From an uncultured Actinomycetes bacterium (GTDB lineage: Bacteria; Actinomycetota; Thermoleophilia; Solirubrobacterales; Solirubrobacteraceae): a DNA stretch of 64,000 bases. Made by a program: the position numbers and the translations under genes. Under the pieces are notes generated by a model. The model saw only the letters and a program-made list of their open reading frames with translations, was not told the origin of the DNA and searched no databases. The stretch's first letter is position 1; each line of letters begins with the position of its first letter. Positions 53,397 through 62,034 of the stretch are shown here, piece by piece. The stretch is from contig CAVYOK010000005.1 of the NCBI GenBank assembly GCA_963770165.1, positions 41,409-105,408 of the forward strand, in the 5' to 3' direction.

Positions 53397-54808
53397 CGGC
53401 GTCTGCTCGCCGCCTTCGCGCGCGCCGCCCCGGCGCGTCTCGCCTGCTTGGCCTGCGCCGCGTTGTCCTCGCGCACCGCGCGCAGCGCCGCCTCGTTCGC
53501 CGCGCGCCACGCCGGCGTCGCCCGCTTCGGCAGCAGCTCGTAGAGGTTCCCGTAGCCGGCGAGGTAGATCGCACGGCGATCGGCGACGACCGGGTTGAAC
53601 GCGCCGTCGGGCCAGCCGAACACCTTCTCGCCGGTGCGGACGTTGAGTCCGAACGTGTCGTTCGCGGGCTGCAGGTTCGAGAAGTAGACGACGTTGCCGA
53701 CGATCGTCGCCGACCCCGAGATCTTCACCCCGGCGGAGTACCGCCAGCGCACCGCGCCCGAGCGGGCGTCGAACGCGTAGAAGTTGCCGTCGTAGGAGCC
53801 GACGTAGACGGTCGGGCCGAGGCCCGGGGTGACGGCGACGGCGGGCGAGCCGTAGACGTAGGCGCCGGTGCCGGTCGCCCACGCGAGCTTGCCGCTGCTG
53901 GCGGCGAACGAGTAGACACGGCCGTCGGTGTTGCCGAGGTAGACGCGTCCGAACGCGACGGCGGCGGTCGAGTAGAAGCGGCCGGAGCCGAAGCCCAAGC
54001 GCGTCCCGCTCGTGCCGACCGACCACACCTGCTGCCCGGTGCGCGCCTGCACCGCGTGGACCTTGCCGGCGTAGTCGCCGAAGTAGAGCGTGCCGTTCGC
54101 GAGCGCCGGGCCGCCCTTGACGGAGCCGCCCGCGCGGTACGTCCAGATCGTGCGACCGGTGTCGGCGTCGAGCGCGTAGACGGTCCCGTCCTCGCTGCCG
54201 AAGAACAGCCGGCCGTTCTTCAGCAGCGGCGAGGACTCGGCGCGGCTCGGCAGCGCCTTCGACCACACCTGCCGGCCGTCGCTGGCGCGGTAGGCCGCGA
54301 TGCGGCCCGCTTCGCTGGCAAGCCCGCGCAGCACGACGGCGTAGACGCGGCCGTCGCCGACTGCCGGCGACGCGGCCGCTAGGCGGCCGACGCGCTGGCG
54401 CCAGCGGATCCGCCCGCTCGTCTTCGCGAGCGCGCGCAGCATGCCGTCGTCGTCGAGCACGTAGAGCGACCCGCCGTCGATCGTGGGCGGGAACTCGAGC
54501 AGCACGCCGCTGCGGTAGGTCCAGCCGCGTCTGAAGCGCGGTCTCAGGTAGCGCGGCGCGTCGAGGAAGTTGCGCGTGCGGTCTTCGCCGTAGCCGTATG
54601 TCGGCCACAGGAAGCGGTCGACCGCCTGCGGTCTCGGCGGGGGGTGCGGAGCGGTCGTCGTCGCGGTCGTGAACTCGACCTCGGGGTGCGACACGTCGCC
54701 CGGCTTGTTGGCGAGCACGAACGCCACCGCGCCGCCCGCGACCAGGAGGAAGACGGCGAGGGCGCCGAGCAGTCCGCGCCGCAGCCGGCGTGGCGGGGGG
54801 CTCGACAT
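53393..54808 (-). CDS. membrane-anchored PQQ-like beta-propeller repeat protein
   Basis: Start moved to ATG 54808 ([26 protein letters not shown], a TM anchor). Repeated ..G.VYALDA.TGR..W.. blades. Lys/Arg/Ala-rich tail. Confidence 0.8.
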   Translation of the reverse strand: MSSPPPRRLRRGLLGALAVFLLVAGGAVAFVLANKPGDVSHPEVEFTTATTTAPHPPPRPQAVDRFLWPTYGYGEDRTRNFLDAPRYLRPRFRRGWTYRSGVLLEFPPTIDGGSLYVLDDDGMLRALAKTSGRIRWRQRVGRLAAASPAVGDGRVYAVVLRGLASEAGRIAAYRASDGRQVWSKALPSRAESSPLLKNGRLFFGSEDGTVYALDADTGRTIWTYRAGGSVKGGPALANGTLYFGDYAGKVHAVQARTGQQVWSVGTSGTRLGFGSGRFYSTAAVAFGRVYLGNTDGRVYSFAASSGKLAWATGTGAYVYGSPAVAVTPGLGPTVYVGSYDGNFYAFDARSGAVRWRYSAGVKISGSATIVGNVVYFSNLQPANDTFGLNVRTGEKVFGWPDGAFNPVVADRRAIYLAGYGNLYELLPKRATPAWRAANEAALRAVREDNAAQAKQARRAGAARAKAASRRR

Positions 54809-54824
54809 CGGGCGCGGATGGTAG

Positions 54825-56009
54825 ATGATCGCGTCGATGGCTCCTGTTCCCGACCTGCGCGCGCTCCCTGCGGCGGTGCCTGTCGCCGGGGTCCTGCCGC
54901 ACGCCTGGGTGGTGGGCGGCGCGGTGCGGGATCTGCTCCTCGACGGCCGTGCCGCCGTAGACCTCGACCTGGTCCTGGAGGGGGATGCGGTGGCGGCGGC
55001 GGAGCGGCTCGCCGCGGCGCTCGACGGCTTGCTGACGGTGCATGACCGCTTCGGCACGGCGACGGTGGAGGCCGACGGCCACGTGTACGACCTCGCGACC
55101 GCGCGCGCGGAGTCGTACGTGCGGCCGGGCGCGCTGCCCGACGTGCGGCCCGGCACGCTCGAGCAGGACCTGCTGCGACGCGACTTCACCGTCAACGCGA
55201 TCGCCGTGTCGTTCGACGGGCGCGTCGCGGCGGCGCCGGGGGCGTTCTCGGATCTCGACGCGCGCGTGCTGCGGGTGCTGCACGAGCGCTCGTTCATCGA
55301 CGACCCGACGCGGCTGCTGCGGCTCGTGCGCTACGCGACGCGGCTGGGGTTCGGGGTGGAGGAAGGGACCTCGGCGCTCGCCTCCGAGGCGATCGAGGGC
55401 GGCGCGCTGGCGACGGTCACGCCGACGCGGATCGGAGGGGAGCTGCGGCTGCTGCTGCGCGAGCCGTCGGCGATCGAGGCGTTGGCGTGGGTGGCGGAGT
55501 GGCCGCTGGACGTGCAGCTCTCGTTCGATCGCGCCGTGGCCGAGCGGGCGCTCTCGCTGCTGCCGGACGACGGCCGGGCGGACCTGCTGCTGCTCGGGTC
55601 GGCCGCTCGCACGCTGGAGCCGGCGGCGGTGGCGGGGTGGGTCGATGCGTTGGGGTTCTCGGCGCGTGAGCGGGACACGGTGGTTCGCGTAGCGCAGGCG
55701 GATGACATCGCGAGGGGACTGGCCGGGGCGTCGCGGCCGTCCGAGATCGCCGCCGCGGCGCGGGGGGCGCCGACCGAGGCGGTCGCGTTGGCTGGGACGC
55801 TCGGTGTCGGAGCTCAGGCCCGCGCGTGGATCGAAGACCTCCGCTACGTGACGCTCGACATCGACGGCGCCGATCTCCTCGCCGCCGGCGTTCCGCAGAG
55901 CGAGGCGGTCGGCCGTGGCTTGGCGGCTGCACTGAACGCCCGCCTCGACGGCGCCGCCCCGGACCGCGACGCCCAGCTCGCCGTCGCGCTGGCTGCGGCG
56001 GCCGCCTGA
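54825..56009 (+). CDS. tRNA nucleotidyltransferase / poly(A) polymerase family protein
   Basis: 394 aa. Head-domain motifs VVGGAVRDLLLDG..DLDLV, RRDFTVNA. No HD domain is evident. Start is ATG 54825 or 54837. Confidence 0.8.
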   Translation: MIASMAPVPDLRALPAAVPVAGVLPHAWVVGGAVRDLLLDGRAAVDLDLVLEGDAVAAAERLAAALDGLLTVHDRFGTATVEADGHVYDLATARAESYVRPGALPDVRPGTLEQDLLRRDFTVNAIAVSFDGRVAAAPGAFSDLDARVLRVLHERSFIDDPTRLLRLVRYATRLGFGVEEGTSALASEAIEGGALATVTPTRIGGELRLLLREPSAIEALAWVAEWPLDVQLSFDRAVAERALSLLPDDGRADLLLLGSAARTLEPAAVAGWVDALGFSARERDTVVRVAQADDIARGLAGASRPSEIAAAARGAPTEAVALAGTLGVGAQARAWIEDLRYVTLDIDGADLLAAGVPQSEAVGRGLAAALNARLDGAAPDRDAQLAVALAAAAA

Positions 56010-56023
56010 CTACCATCCGCCGC

Positions 56024-56758
56024 GTGCTGCTGCCCGCCCCGTTCGAGCCCGTCGGCGATCACATCGGGATCGCGCTGCCGGGCGGGCGGGCGCTGTTCAC
56101 GACACGGCGCGGCGGGGTGTCGCAGGGCGCGTACGCGAGTCTCAACCTGGGACGCTGGACGGACGACGATCCGCGCGCGGTCGAGCGCAACCTCGAGCTC
56201 GTCGCCGACGCCGTGGGCGTCTCCCTCGATGCCCTCGTTCAGGGATGCCAGGTGCACGGGCGTCGCGTCGAGCGGATCGCCGAGCAGCCGGAGTCGGAGC
56301 ACGTCCTGCCGGAGGTGGACGGGGTGGCCAGCGGAGTGCAAGGCCTGGCCGCGCTCGTCCTCACCGCCGACTGCCTCCCGATCGCGCTGATCGGTCCTTG
56401 TGCCGTCGCGATGCTCCACGCCGGCTGGCGGGGGCTGGCGGACGGCGTCATCGAGGAGGGCGTCGCAGCGATTCGCGAGCTGGGCGGCGACGATCGGCTG
56501 GAGGCGGCGATCGGTCCCGGCGCGGGCGCCTGCTGCTACGAGGTCGGGCCGGAGGTGCACGAGGAGCTCGGACGGCGGGCGGAGCGGGCGACGATCGACC
56601 TCAAGGCGATCGCACGCGAGCGGCTTGAAGCGGCCGGCGCGACGGAGGTCCACGACGTCGGCCTCTGCACCATCTGCTCCGATCCGCAGCTGTTCTTCTC
56701 CTACCGCCGGGACGGCGGTGTCACCGGCCGGCAGGCGGGGATCGCATGGCGGAGCTGA
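56024..56758 (+). CDS. pgeF: YfiH/PgeF (DUF152) purine nucleoside phosphorylase / peptidoglycan editing factor family
   Basis: GTG 56024 within ORF 55826..56758. ..FTTRRGGVS..YASLNLG..QVHG..DG..TADCLPI..HAGWRG..C.YEV..CT.C....FFSYRRDG. Confidence 0.85.
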   Translation: MLLPAPFEPVGDHIGIALPGGRALFTTRRGGVSQGAYASLNLGRWTDDDPRAVERNLELVADAVGVSLDALVQGCQVHGRRVERIAEQPESEHVLPEVDGVASGVQGLAALVLTADCLPIALIGPCAVAMLHAGWRGLADGVIEEGVAAIRELGGDDRLEAAIGPGAGACCYEVGPEVHEELGRRAERATIDLKAIARERLEAAGATEVHDVGLCTICSDPQLFFSYRRDGGVTGRQAGIAWRS

Positions 56759-57408
56759 TCACCGGGCTCGACGCCGGCATGGTGCGAGAGCGCGTCGCCG
56801 AGGCGAGGGAACGGATCGATGCCGCCGCAAGGCGTGCCGGGCGCGACCCGCAGGACGTCGACCTGCTTGCGGCCGTGAAGTACGTCGCCCTCGACGAGCT
56901 GGGGACCCTGGCGGACGCCGGCCTCACGCGCTTGGGCGAGAATCGCGCGCAGGAGCTGGTGGCGAAGGCGGAGGCCTATCCGGGGACCTTCGCCTGGGAC
57001 TTCATCGGCCACCTGCAGTCGCGCAAGGTGAAGGACGTGGTGCGGCACGCGCGGCTGATCCACTCCGTGGCGAGCGATTCGGTGCTGGCGCAGTTGGCGA
57101 TGCGCGCGCGACCGGAAACCGAGGTGCTGGTCGAGGTGAACGTGAGCGGGGAGGCGTCGAAGAGCGGGATCGCTCCGGCTGACCTGAGCGCCTTCATCGA
57201 GCGTGCGCCCGTGCCCGTCGTCGGCCTGATGACGATGCCGCCCGCGGTCGCGCGGCCAGAGGACAACCGCCCGCACTTCGCCGCGCTGCACGAGCTCGCC
57301 GCTGCGCACGGGCTCCACCAGCTCTCGATGGGCACCTCGCAGGACTACGAGGTGGCTGTGGAGGAGGGCGCCACGATCGTCCGCCTCGGCTCCATGCTCT
57401 ATCGATAG
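56746..57408 (+). CDS. yggS: YggS/YlmE family PLP-binding homeostasis protein
   Basis: 220 aa. ..LLAVKYV..GENRAQEL..WDFIGHLQSRKVK..SMGTSQDYEVAVEEGATIVRLG. Confidence 0.9.
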   Translation: MAELITGLDAGMVRERVAEARERIDAAARRAGRDPQDVDLLAAVKYVALDELGTLADAGLTRLGENRAQELVAKAEAYPGTFAWDFIGHLQSRKVKDVVRHARLIHSVASDSVLAQLAMRARPETEVLVEVNVSGEASKSGIAPADLSAFIERAPVPVVGLMTMPPAVARPEDNRPHFAALHELAAAHGLHQLSMGTSQDYEVAVEEGATIVRLGSMLYR

Positions 57409-57425
57409 CGCTGCAAAGCGTCATA

Positions 57426-57440
57426 ATCCCTTGAAGGGAT
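57426..57440. promoter_or_regulatory. perfect 15-nt palindrome ATCCCTTGAAGGGAT upstream of sepF
   Basis: Read directly in the 62-nt yggS-sepF spacer. Confidence 0.3.
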
Positions 57441-57470
57441 CCACTCGCCCCCCGCGAATCCCTCGACGTC

Positions 57471-58022
57471 ATGGCATTCCGCGACACCTGGCATCGCACG
57501 CTCGTCTACTTCGGCCTGGCCGTGGAAGACGACTACGACGATCACGAGCCCGCCTACCACGAGCCGGAGGCGGAGCTGCAGGAGACCTATCGCGAGCGTC
57601 CGAACGTGCGGCGCCTGAGCTCCAGCCGGCGCCGGCGCGACGAGTTCGACGACATCTTCGCCGACGACGAGCCGGCCGCTCGCCGCACAAGCGTCCTGCG
57701 ACCGGTCGGGGATCCGGGCCCGAGCCGTGGTCCCCGGAACGGCGACGTGCGCGTCCACCTCGTGATCCCCAAGTCCTTCAACGACGCCCAGGACGTCGCG
57801 GACAAGTTCAAGGACGCGATCCCCGTGATCCTGAACTTGCAGAGCTCCGACACAGACCTCTCGAAGCGCCTGATCGACTTCTCGTCCGGCCTCACGTACG
57901 CGCTCGACGGCGGCATGCAGCGGATCGCCGACAAGGTCTTCCTGCTCACGCCGCGCAACGTCGAGGTCTCCGCCGAGGAGCGCGCGCGGCTGATCGAGAA
58001 GGGCTTCTTCAACCAGAGCTGA
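57471..58022 (+). CDS. sepF: cell division protein SepF
   Basis: 183 aa. N-terminal amphipathic MAFRDTWHRTLVYFGL, acidic linker, C-terminal SepF core (PKSFNDAQDVADKFKDAIPVILNL..DFSSGLTYALDG..IADKVFLLTP). Confidence 0.9.
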   Translation: MAFRDTWHRTLVYFGLAVEDDYDDHEPAYHEPEAELQETYRERPNVRRLSSSRRRRDEFDDIFADDEPAARRTSVLRPVGDPGPSRGPRNGDVRVHLVIPKSFNDAQDVADKFKDAIPVILNLQSSDTDLSKRLIDFSSGLTYALDGGMQRIADKVFLLTPRNVEVSAEERARLIEKGFFNQS

Positions 58023-58062
58023 GCCGGCGGCGCGAGGCGCGCGGCCGATACGCTTGCCGTCC

Positions 58063-58818
58063 ATGCGCGTCGGACTGATCGGTGCAGGCAACATGGCCTC
58101 GGCGCTCGCGCGCGGGTGGGGCGATCCGGTCCTCTGCGCGGACGCGGTGCCGGGCAAGGCGCAGGCGCTGGTGGAGGAGCTGGGCGGCCAGGCGTTCGCG
58201 TCGAATGCCGAGCTGGCGCGCGAGGCCGACGTGTTGTTCCTCTGCCACAAGCCGGATCAGTTGGAGGCCGTGGCGGCGCAGCTGGAGGGCAACGAGAGAG
58301 AGACCACGGTCGTCTCGATCCTGGCGGGCGTCACCCTCGATGCCCTTCGCCGGGCGTATCCCGCCGCCGAGGCGGTCGTTCGCCTGATGCCCAACGTCGC
58401 CGTGGAGATCGGCAGAGGCGTGATCTGCCGCGCGGCCGAGAGCGACGACCACCCCGGCGTCATGACGATCCTGGAGCGTGTGGCGACCGTCGTGACCGTC
58501 CCGGAGAGACTGATCGAGGTCGCGACGGCGATCCAGGGCGTCGGGCCGGCGTACGTCTCGCTGTTCGTCGAGGCGCAGGTCGACGCTGCCGTGCGGCTCG
58601 GGATGCCGCCGCGCATGGCGGTCGAGCTGGCGGCGGCGACGACCGAGGGCTCCGCCGCGCTGCTGGCCGCCCGCGGCTTCGACACGCTCGCGCTGCGGCG
58701 CGCGGTCACCTCGCCGGGCGGCGTCACCGCGCGAGGCCTCGCCGCATTGGAGGACAGCGGCCTGCGCGCCGCGTTCCAGGCGGCGGCCGACGCGGCGGTG
58801 CACGGGGGCAGACGGTGA
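58063..58818 (+). CDS. proC: pyrroline-5-carboxylate reductase
   Basis: The ORF opens at TTG 58054, but ATG 58063 gives the canonical MRVGLIGAGNMASAL. ..RLMPN..VTSPGGVT.. Confidence 0.9.
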   Translation: MRVGLIGAGNMASALARGWGDPVLCADAVPGKAQALVEELGGQAFASNAELAREADVLFLCHKPDQLEAVAAQLEGNERETTVVSILAGVTLDALRRAYPAAEAVVRLMPNVAVEIGRGVICRAAESDDHPGVMTILERVATVVTVPERLIEVATAIQGVGPAYVSLFVEAQVDAAVRLGMPPRMAVELAAATTEGSAALLAARGFDTLALRRAVTSPGGVTARGLAALEDSGLRAAFQAAADAAVHGGRR

Positions 58819-59135
58819 GCGCGGCCGCGGTCGCGCTGCATGCGGCCACGGTGCGTCATGAGGTCGCCCGCTACGTCGACGCGCTCTTCACCGTCTACCT
58901 GATCTGCATCTTCGCCTACGTGGTGATCAGCATCGTGTACTCGGTCGGGATCCGGCCGCCGTACTCGCGCTGGTGGAACGCGGTCGTCGAGTTCCTGCGC
59001 CAGGTCGTCGAGCCGTATCTGCGGATCTTCCGCCGCGTGCTGCCGATGCTCGGCCCGTTCGACCTCAGCCCGATGGTCGCGACGTTCGTGCTGATCATCG
59101 TGTGGCGGATCGTGGTCTCGCTGATCGAGGGCTGA
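58815..59135 (+). CDS. yggT: YggT/YlmG family membrane protein
   Basis: GTG 58815 overlaps the proC stop (GTGA). ..VYLICIFAYVVISIV..VVEPYLRIFRRVLPMLGPFDLSPMVATFVLIIV. Confidence 0.8.
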   Translation: MSAAAVALHAATVRHEVARYVDALFTVYLICIFAYVVISIVYSVGIRPPYSRWWNAVVEFLRQVVEPYLRIFRRVLPMLGPFDLSPMVATFVLIIVWRIVVSLIEG

Positions 59136-59629
59136 TGGAGGCCGTGGAGGGCAGCGCGCTCGCCAACCCCGCGCGCGGCGCCCGCTGGGCGCTCGCCGGG
59201 CTCGTGGTCGCGATCGTGCTGCTCGCCGACCAGGGCACGAAGGCGCTCGTGCGCTCCTCGATCGTTCCCGGCGAGCAGCGCGACGTGCTCGGTCCGCTGA
59301 CGTTCGTGAACGTGCACAACAGAGGCGTCGCGTTCGGCTTCCTCGGCGGCGGTGGGTCGCTCGTGCTCGTCGTGACGCTGGCGGCGCTGACGTTGCTGCT
59401 GCTCTACTTCGCGCGCCACGCCGAGCGCCCGCTGCTGTGGCTGCCGACCGGCCTCGTGCTCGGCGGCGCACTCGGCAACCTGATCGACCGCATCCACCAG
59501 GGCTACGTGACCGACTTCATCCACTTCCCGCACTGGCCCGCGTTCAACGTCGCCGACATCTGCATCACCTGCGGCGTCGTGGCGCTGGTGCTGGTGCTCG
59601 AGCTCGGTGGACGAGCTGCTCACGATTGA
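59135..59629 (+). CDS. lspA: lipoprotein signal peptidase II
   Basis: ATG 59135 is internal to ORF 58973..59629. ..ADQGTKALV..NRGVAFG..GGALGNLIDR..VTDFI..FNVADI. Confidence 0.88.
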   Translation: MEAVEGSALANPARGARWALAGLVVAIVLLADQGTKALVRSSIVPGEQRDVLGPLTFVNVHNRGVAFGFLGGGGSLVLVVTLAALTLLLLYFARHAERPLLWLPTGLVLGGALGNLIDRIHQGYVTDFIHFPHWPAFNVADICITCGVVALVLVLELGGRAAHD

Positions 59630-60530
59630 GGTCGCGCCGGAGGCCGAGGGCGAGCGGCTCGATCAGCTGCTGGCGGGGCCGCTGGGCTCGCGCGCGCAGG
59701 CGCAGCGCGCGATCGACGCGGGCCGCGTGACGGTCGACGGCGAGCCACGGCCGAAGCGGCACCGCGTCGCCGCGGGAGAGCGGATCGAGGTGGCGCCGGA
59801 GCCGGACGGCGGACGCGCGGCAGCCGCGGCCGCAAGCGAGGTGCCGTTCGCGGTCGTGTACGAGGACGCGCACCTGCTGGTGGTCGACAAGCCAGCCGGC
59901 GTCGTCGTGCACCCGGCGCGCGGGCATCGCGGCGCGACGCTCGCCGAGGCGCTCGCCGCCCGAATCTCGATCCCGCCCAACTACGGGGATCCAGCGCGCG
60001 CGGGGATCGTCCACCGCCTCGACAAGGACACCTCCGGGCTGCTCGTGATCGCGAAGTCCGAGGCGGTTCACCGCGCGCTGCAGGAGCGGCTTCGCAGACG
60101 CGAGCTGCGGCGCGAGTACCTTGCGCTGGTGGAGGGCTGTCCACCCGCGCGCGCGGGCACGATCGACGCGCCGATCGGGCGCGACCGCCGCAACCGCACG
60201 CGCATGTCGACCGACACCGACGTCCCGCGCGCGGCGCGCACGCACTTCGAGCTGGAGCGCGCGTACGCCGGCTTCGCGCTCCTGCGCGTGACGCTGGAGA
60301 CGGGCCGCACGCACCAGATCCGCGTCCACTTGCAGGCGATCGGGCATCCGGTGGCGGGCGATCCGGAGTACGGCGGAGCGCACCATCTCGGCCTCACGCG
60401 TCAGTTCCTCCACGCCGCGCGCCTCGCGTTCGCCCACCCGATCACCGGCGAGCCAGTCGACGTCAGCTCGCCGCTGCCGCCGGATCTCCAAGGCGTGCTC
60501 AGCCGGCTGGACACCCAATCTGGCCAGTAG
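59607..60530 (+). CDS. rluD: RluA-family 23S rRNA pseudouridine synthase with S4 domain
   Basis: 307 aa. ..VVDKPAGVVVHP..GIVHRLDKDTSGLLV..GRTHQIRVHL..GDPEYG. Confidence 0.9.
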   Translation: MDELLTIEVAPEAEGERLDQLLAGPLGSRAQAQRAIDAGRVTVDGEPRPKRHRVAAGERIEVAPEPDGGRAAAAAASEVPFAVVYEDAHLLVVDKPAGVVVHPARGHRGATLAEALAARISIPPNYGDPARAGIVHRLDKDTSGLLVIAKSEAVHRALQERLRRRELRREYLALVEGCPPARAGTIDAPIGRDRRNRTRMSTDTDVPRAARTHFELERAYAGFALLRVTLETGRTHQIRVHLQAIGHPVAGDPEYGGAHHLGLTRQFLHAARLAFAHPITGEPVDVSSPLPPDLQGVLSRLDTQSGQ

Positions 60531-60690
60531 GGATCGGCGATACCCCCGCGGCGTCTGGCGGCGGGCGACGCTGCGCGGATGCGTCGTCCTCGGTCGTCGC
60601 AATAGCGCTGCTATGGCTTCCTCCCTGCGTCCTCGCCCCGCTTGGTCGCCCATCCACCAGCCGCTCACGCGGGTATCGCCGATCCCTACT
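60526..60690. repeat. 165-nt element bounded by 23/25-nt terminal inverted repeats (structured RNA or MITE-like element)
   Basis: AGTAGGGATCGGCGATACCCCCGCG (60526-50) versus CGCGGGTATCGCCGATCCCTACT (60668-90): 20 contiguous complementary nt, a CC bulge, then 3 more. The interior has further pairings (GGGCGAC/GTCGCCC; ATAGC/GCTAT apical hairpin). The left arm contains the rluD stop codon. Confidence 0.7.
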
Positions 60691-60822
60691 AGAATCCCGG
60701 CGAAATCTGTCGTCAACCCCGGTCGACACGGGACTCGCGTCCCCTGACCGGCACGCACGTTGCCGGAAACGCGAGCGCTCCGACCGGGCATCCGCACCAC
60801 TTTCCACAAGGGAGCATCAACC

Positions 60823-62034
60823 GTGGCTCAGGCAGGATTGAAAGAGCTGCTGGAGGCCGGCGTCCACTTCGGCCACCAGACACGCCGCTGGAACCCGAAG
60901 ATGCGTCGCTTCATCTTCGGCGAGCGGGCAGGCATCTACCTCATCGACTTGCTGCAGACGGAAGCGCTGCTGCAGGAGGCGCGCGAGTTCGCCTCCGCGC
61001 TCGCGCACCGCGGCGGCACCGTCCTCTTCGTTGGCACGAAGAAGCAGGCCCGCGACGCGATCAAGGAGTCGGCCGAGGCATCCGGCATGCCGTACGTCAA
61101 CCACCGCTGGCTTGGCGGGCTGCTGACGAACTACGGCACGATCTCGGGTCGCATCAGACGCCTGCACGACCTCGAGCGCTACGAGGCGGAGGGCCAGCTC
61201 GCGCTCCTGCCGACGCGCGAGCGGATGGCGGCCCAGGCCGACCTCGCGAAGCTGCAGGCGAACCTCGGCGGCGTCAAGAACATGCAGCGCGTCCCCGACG
61301 CGATGTTCGTCGTCGACCTCAAGGTCGAGGTGATCGCCGTCAAGGAAGCCCAGCGCCTGCGCATCCCGATCATCGGGCTCGTCGACACGAACTGCGATCC
61401 CGACGGGATCGACTTCGTGATCCCCGGGAACGACGACGCGATCCGCTCCTGTGCCGTGATCGCGGGCGCGCTCGCCGACGTGATCGGCGAGGGCAACCGC
61501 ATCTTCCGCGAGGAGGAGGAGCGCGCCCGCAAGGAGGCCGAGGAGAAGGCCCGCATCGAGGCCGAGGCGCGCGCCGCCCGCGAGGCGGAGGAGCAGGCGA
61601 AGCGCGAGGCCGAGGAGGCCGCCAAGCGCGAGGCGCAGGAGCAGGCGCGCAGAGAGGCCGAGGAGGCCAAGCGCGCCGCCGAGCAGGCCGCCGCCGCGCA
61701 GGCGCAGGCCGCCCAGGCCGCGGCCGCCGCGTCGGCGCCGCAGCCGCCGGCCGAGCCGAGAGCCGAGCCCGCTCCCGCGGCGCCGGCCGCCGAGGAGGCG
61801 CCCGCGCCGAGCGAGCCGGCCGCCGAGGAGGCGCCCGCGCCGAGCGAGCCGGCCGCCGAGGAGGCGCCCGCGCCGAGCGAGCCCGCCGCCGCCGAGCCGC
61901 CCGCGCCGAGCGAGCCCGCCGCCCCGGAGCAGCCGGCCGAGCCCGAGGCCGCCGCCGAGGCGCCGGCCGAGGCCATGACCACGACCACGACCGCCACCAC
62001 CGACGCCGGCTCCGGGGGGGAGCCCACCGCATGA
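60823..62034 (+). CDS. rpsB: 30S ribosomal protein S2 with long C-terminal extension
   Basis: GTG 60823 with AAGGGAG 8 nt upstream. [52 protein letters not shown]. 403 aa in total, of which about 170 aa are tail. Confidence 0.95.
   Translation: MAQAGLKELLEAGVHFGHQTRRWNPKMRRFIFGERAGIYLIDLLQTEALLQEAREFASALAHRGGTVLFVGTKKQARDAIKESAEASGMPYVNHRWLGGLLTNYGTISGRIRRLHDLERYEAEGQLALLPTRERMAAQADLAKLQANLGGVKNMQRVPDAMFVVDLKVEVIAVKEAQRLRIPIIGLVDTNCDPDGIDFVIPGNDDAIRSCAVIAGALADVIGEGNRIFREEEERARKEAEEKARIEAEARAAREAEEQAKREAEEAAKREAQEQARREAEEAKRAAEQAAAAQAQAAQAAAAASAPQPPAEPRAEPAPAAPAAEEAPAPSEPAAEEAPAPSEPAAEEAPAPSEPAAAEPPAPSEPAAPEQPAEPEAAAEAPAEAMTTTTTATTDAGSGGEPTA
61785..61916 (+). repeat. in-frame 33-nt tandem repeat (3 perfect + 1 degenerate copy) inside rpsB
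   Basis: GGCCGCCGAGGAGGCGCCCGCGCCGAGCGAGCC at 61785, 61818 and 61851, with a degenerate 4th copy at 61884. Encodes (A)[10 protein letters not shown]. Confidence 0.9.

Noticed and set aside
60551-60667. Interior of the inverted-repeat element as SRP (4.5S) RNA
   Set aside because: The minus strand has GGGAGGAAGCCATAGCAGC, superficially like the SRP domain IV GGAAGCAGCC. However, the conserved CCGGAAGG tetraloop context is absent.
61785-61916. CRISPR-like appearance of 33-nt direct repeats
   Set aside because: The repeats are contiguous with no spacers, are in frame inside rpsB, and encode a peptide repeat. This is not a CRISPR array.
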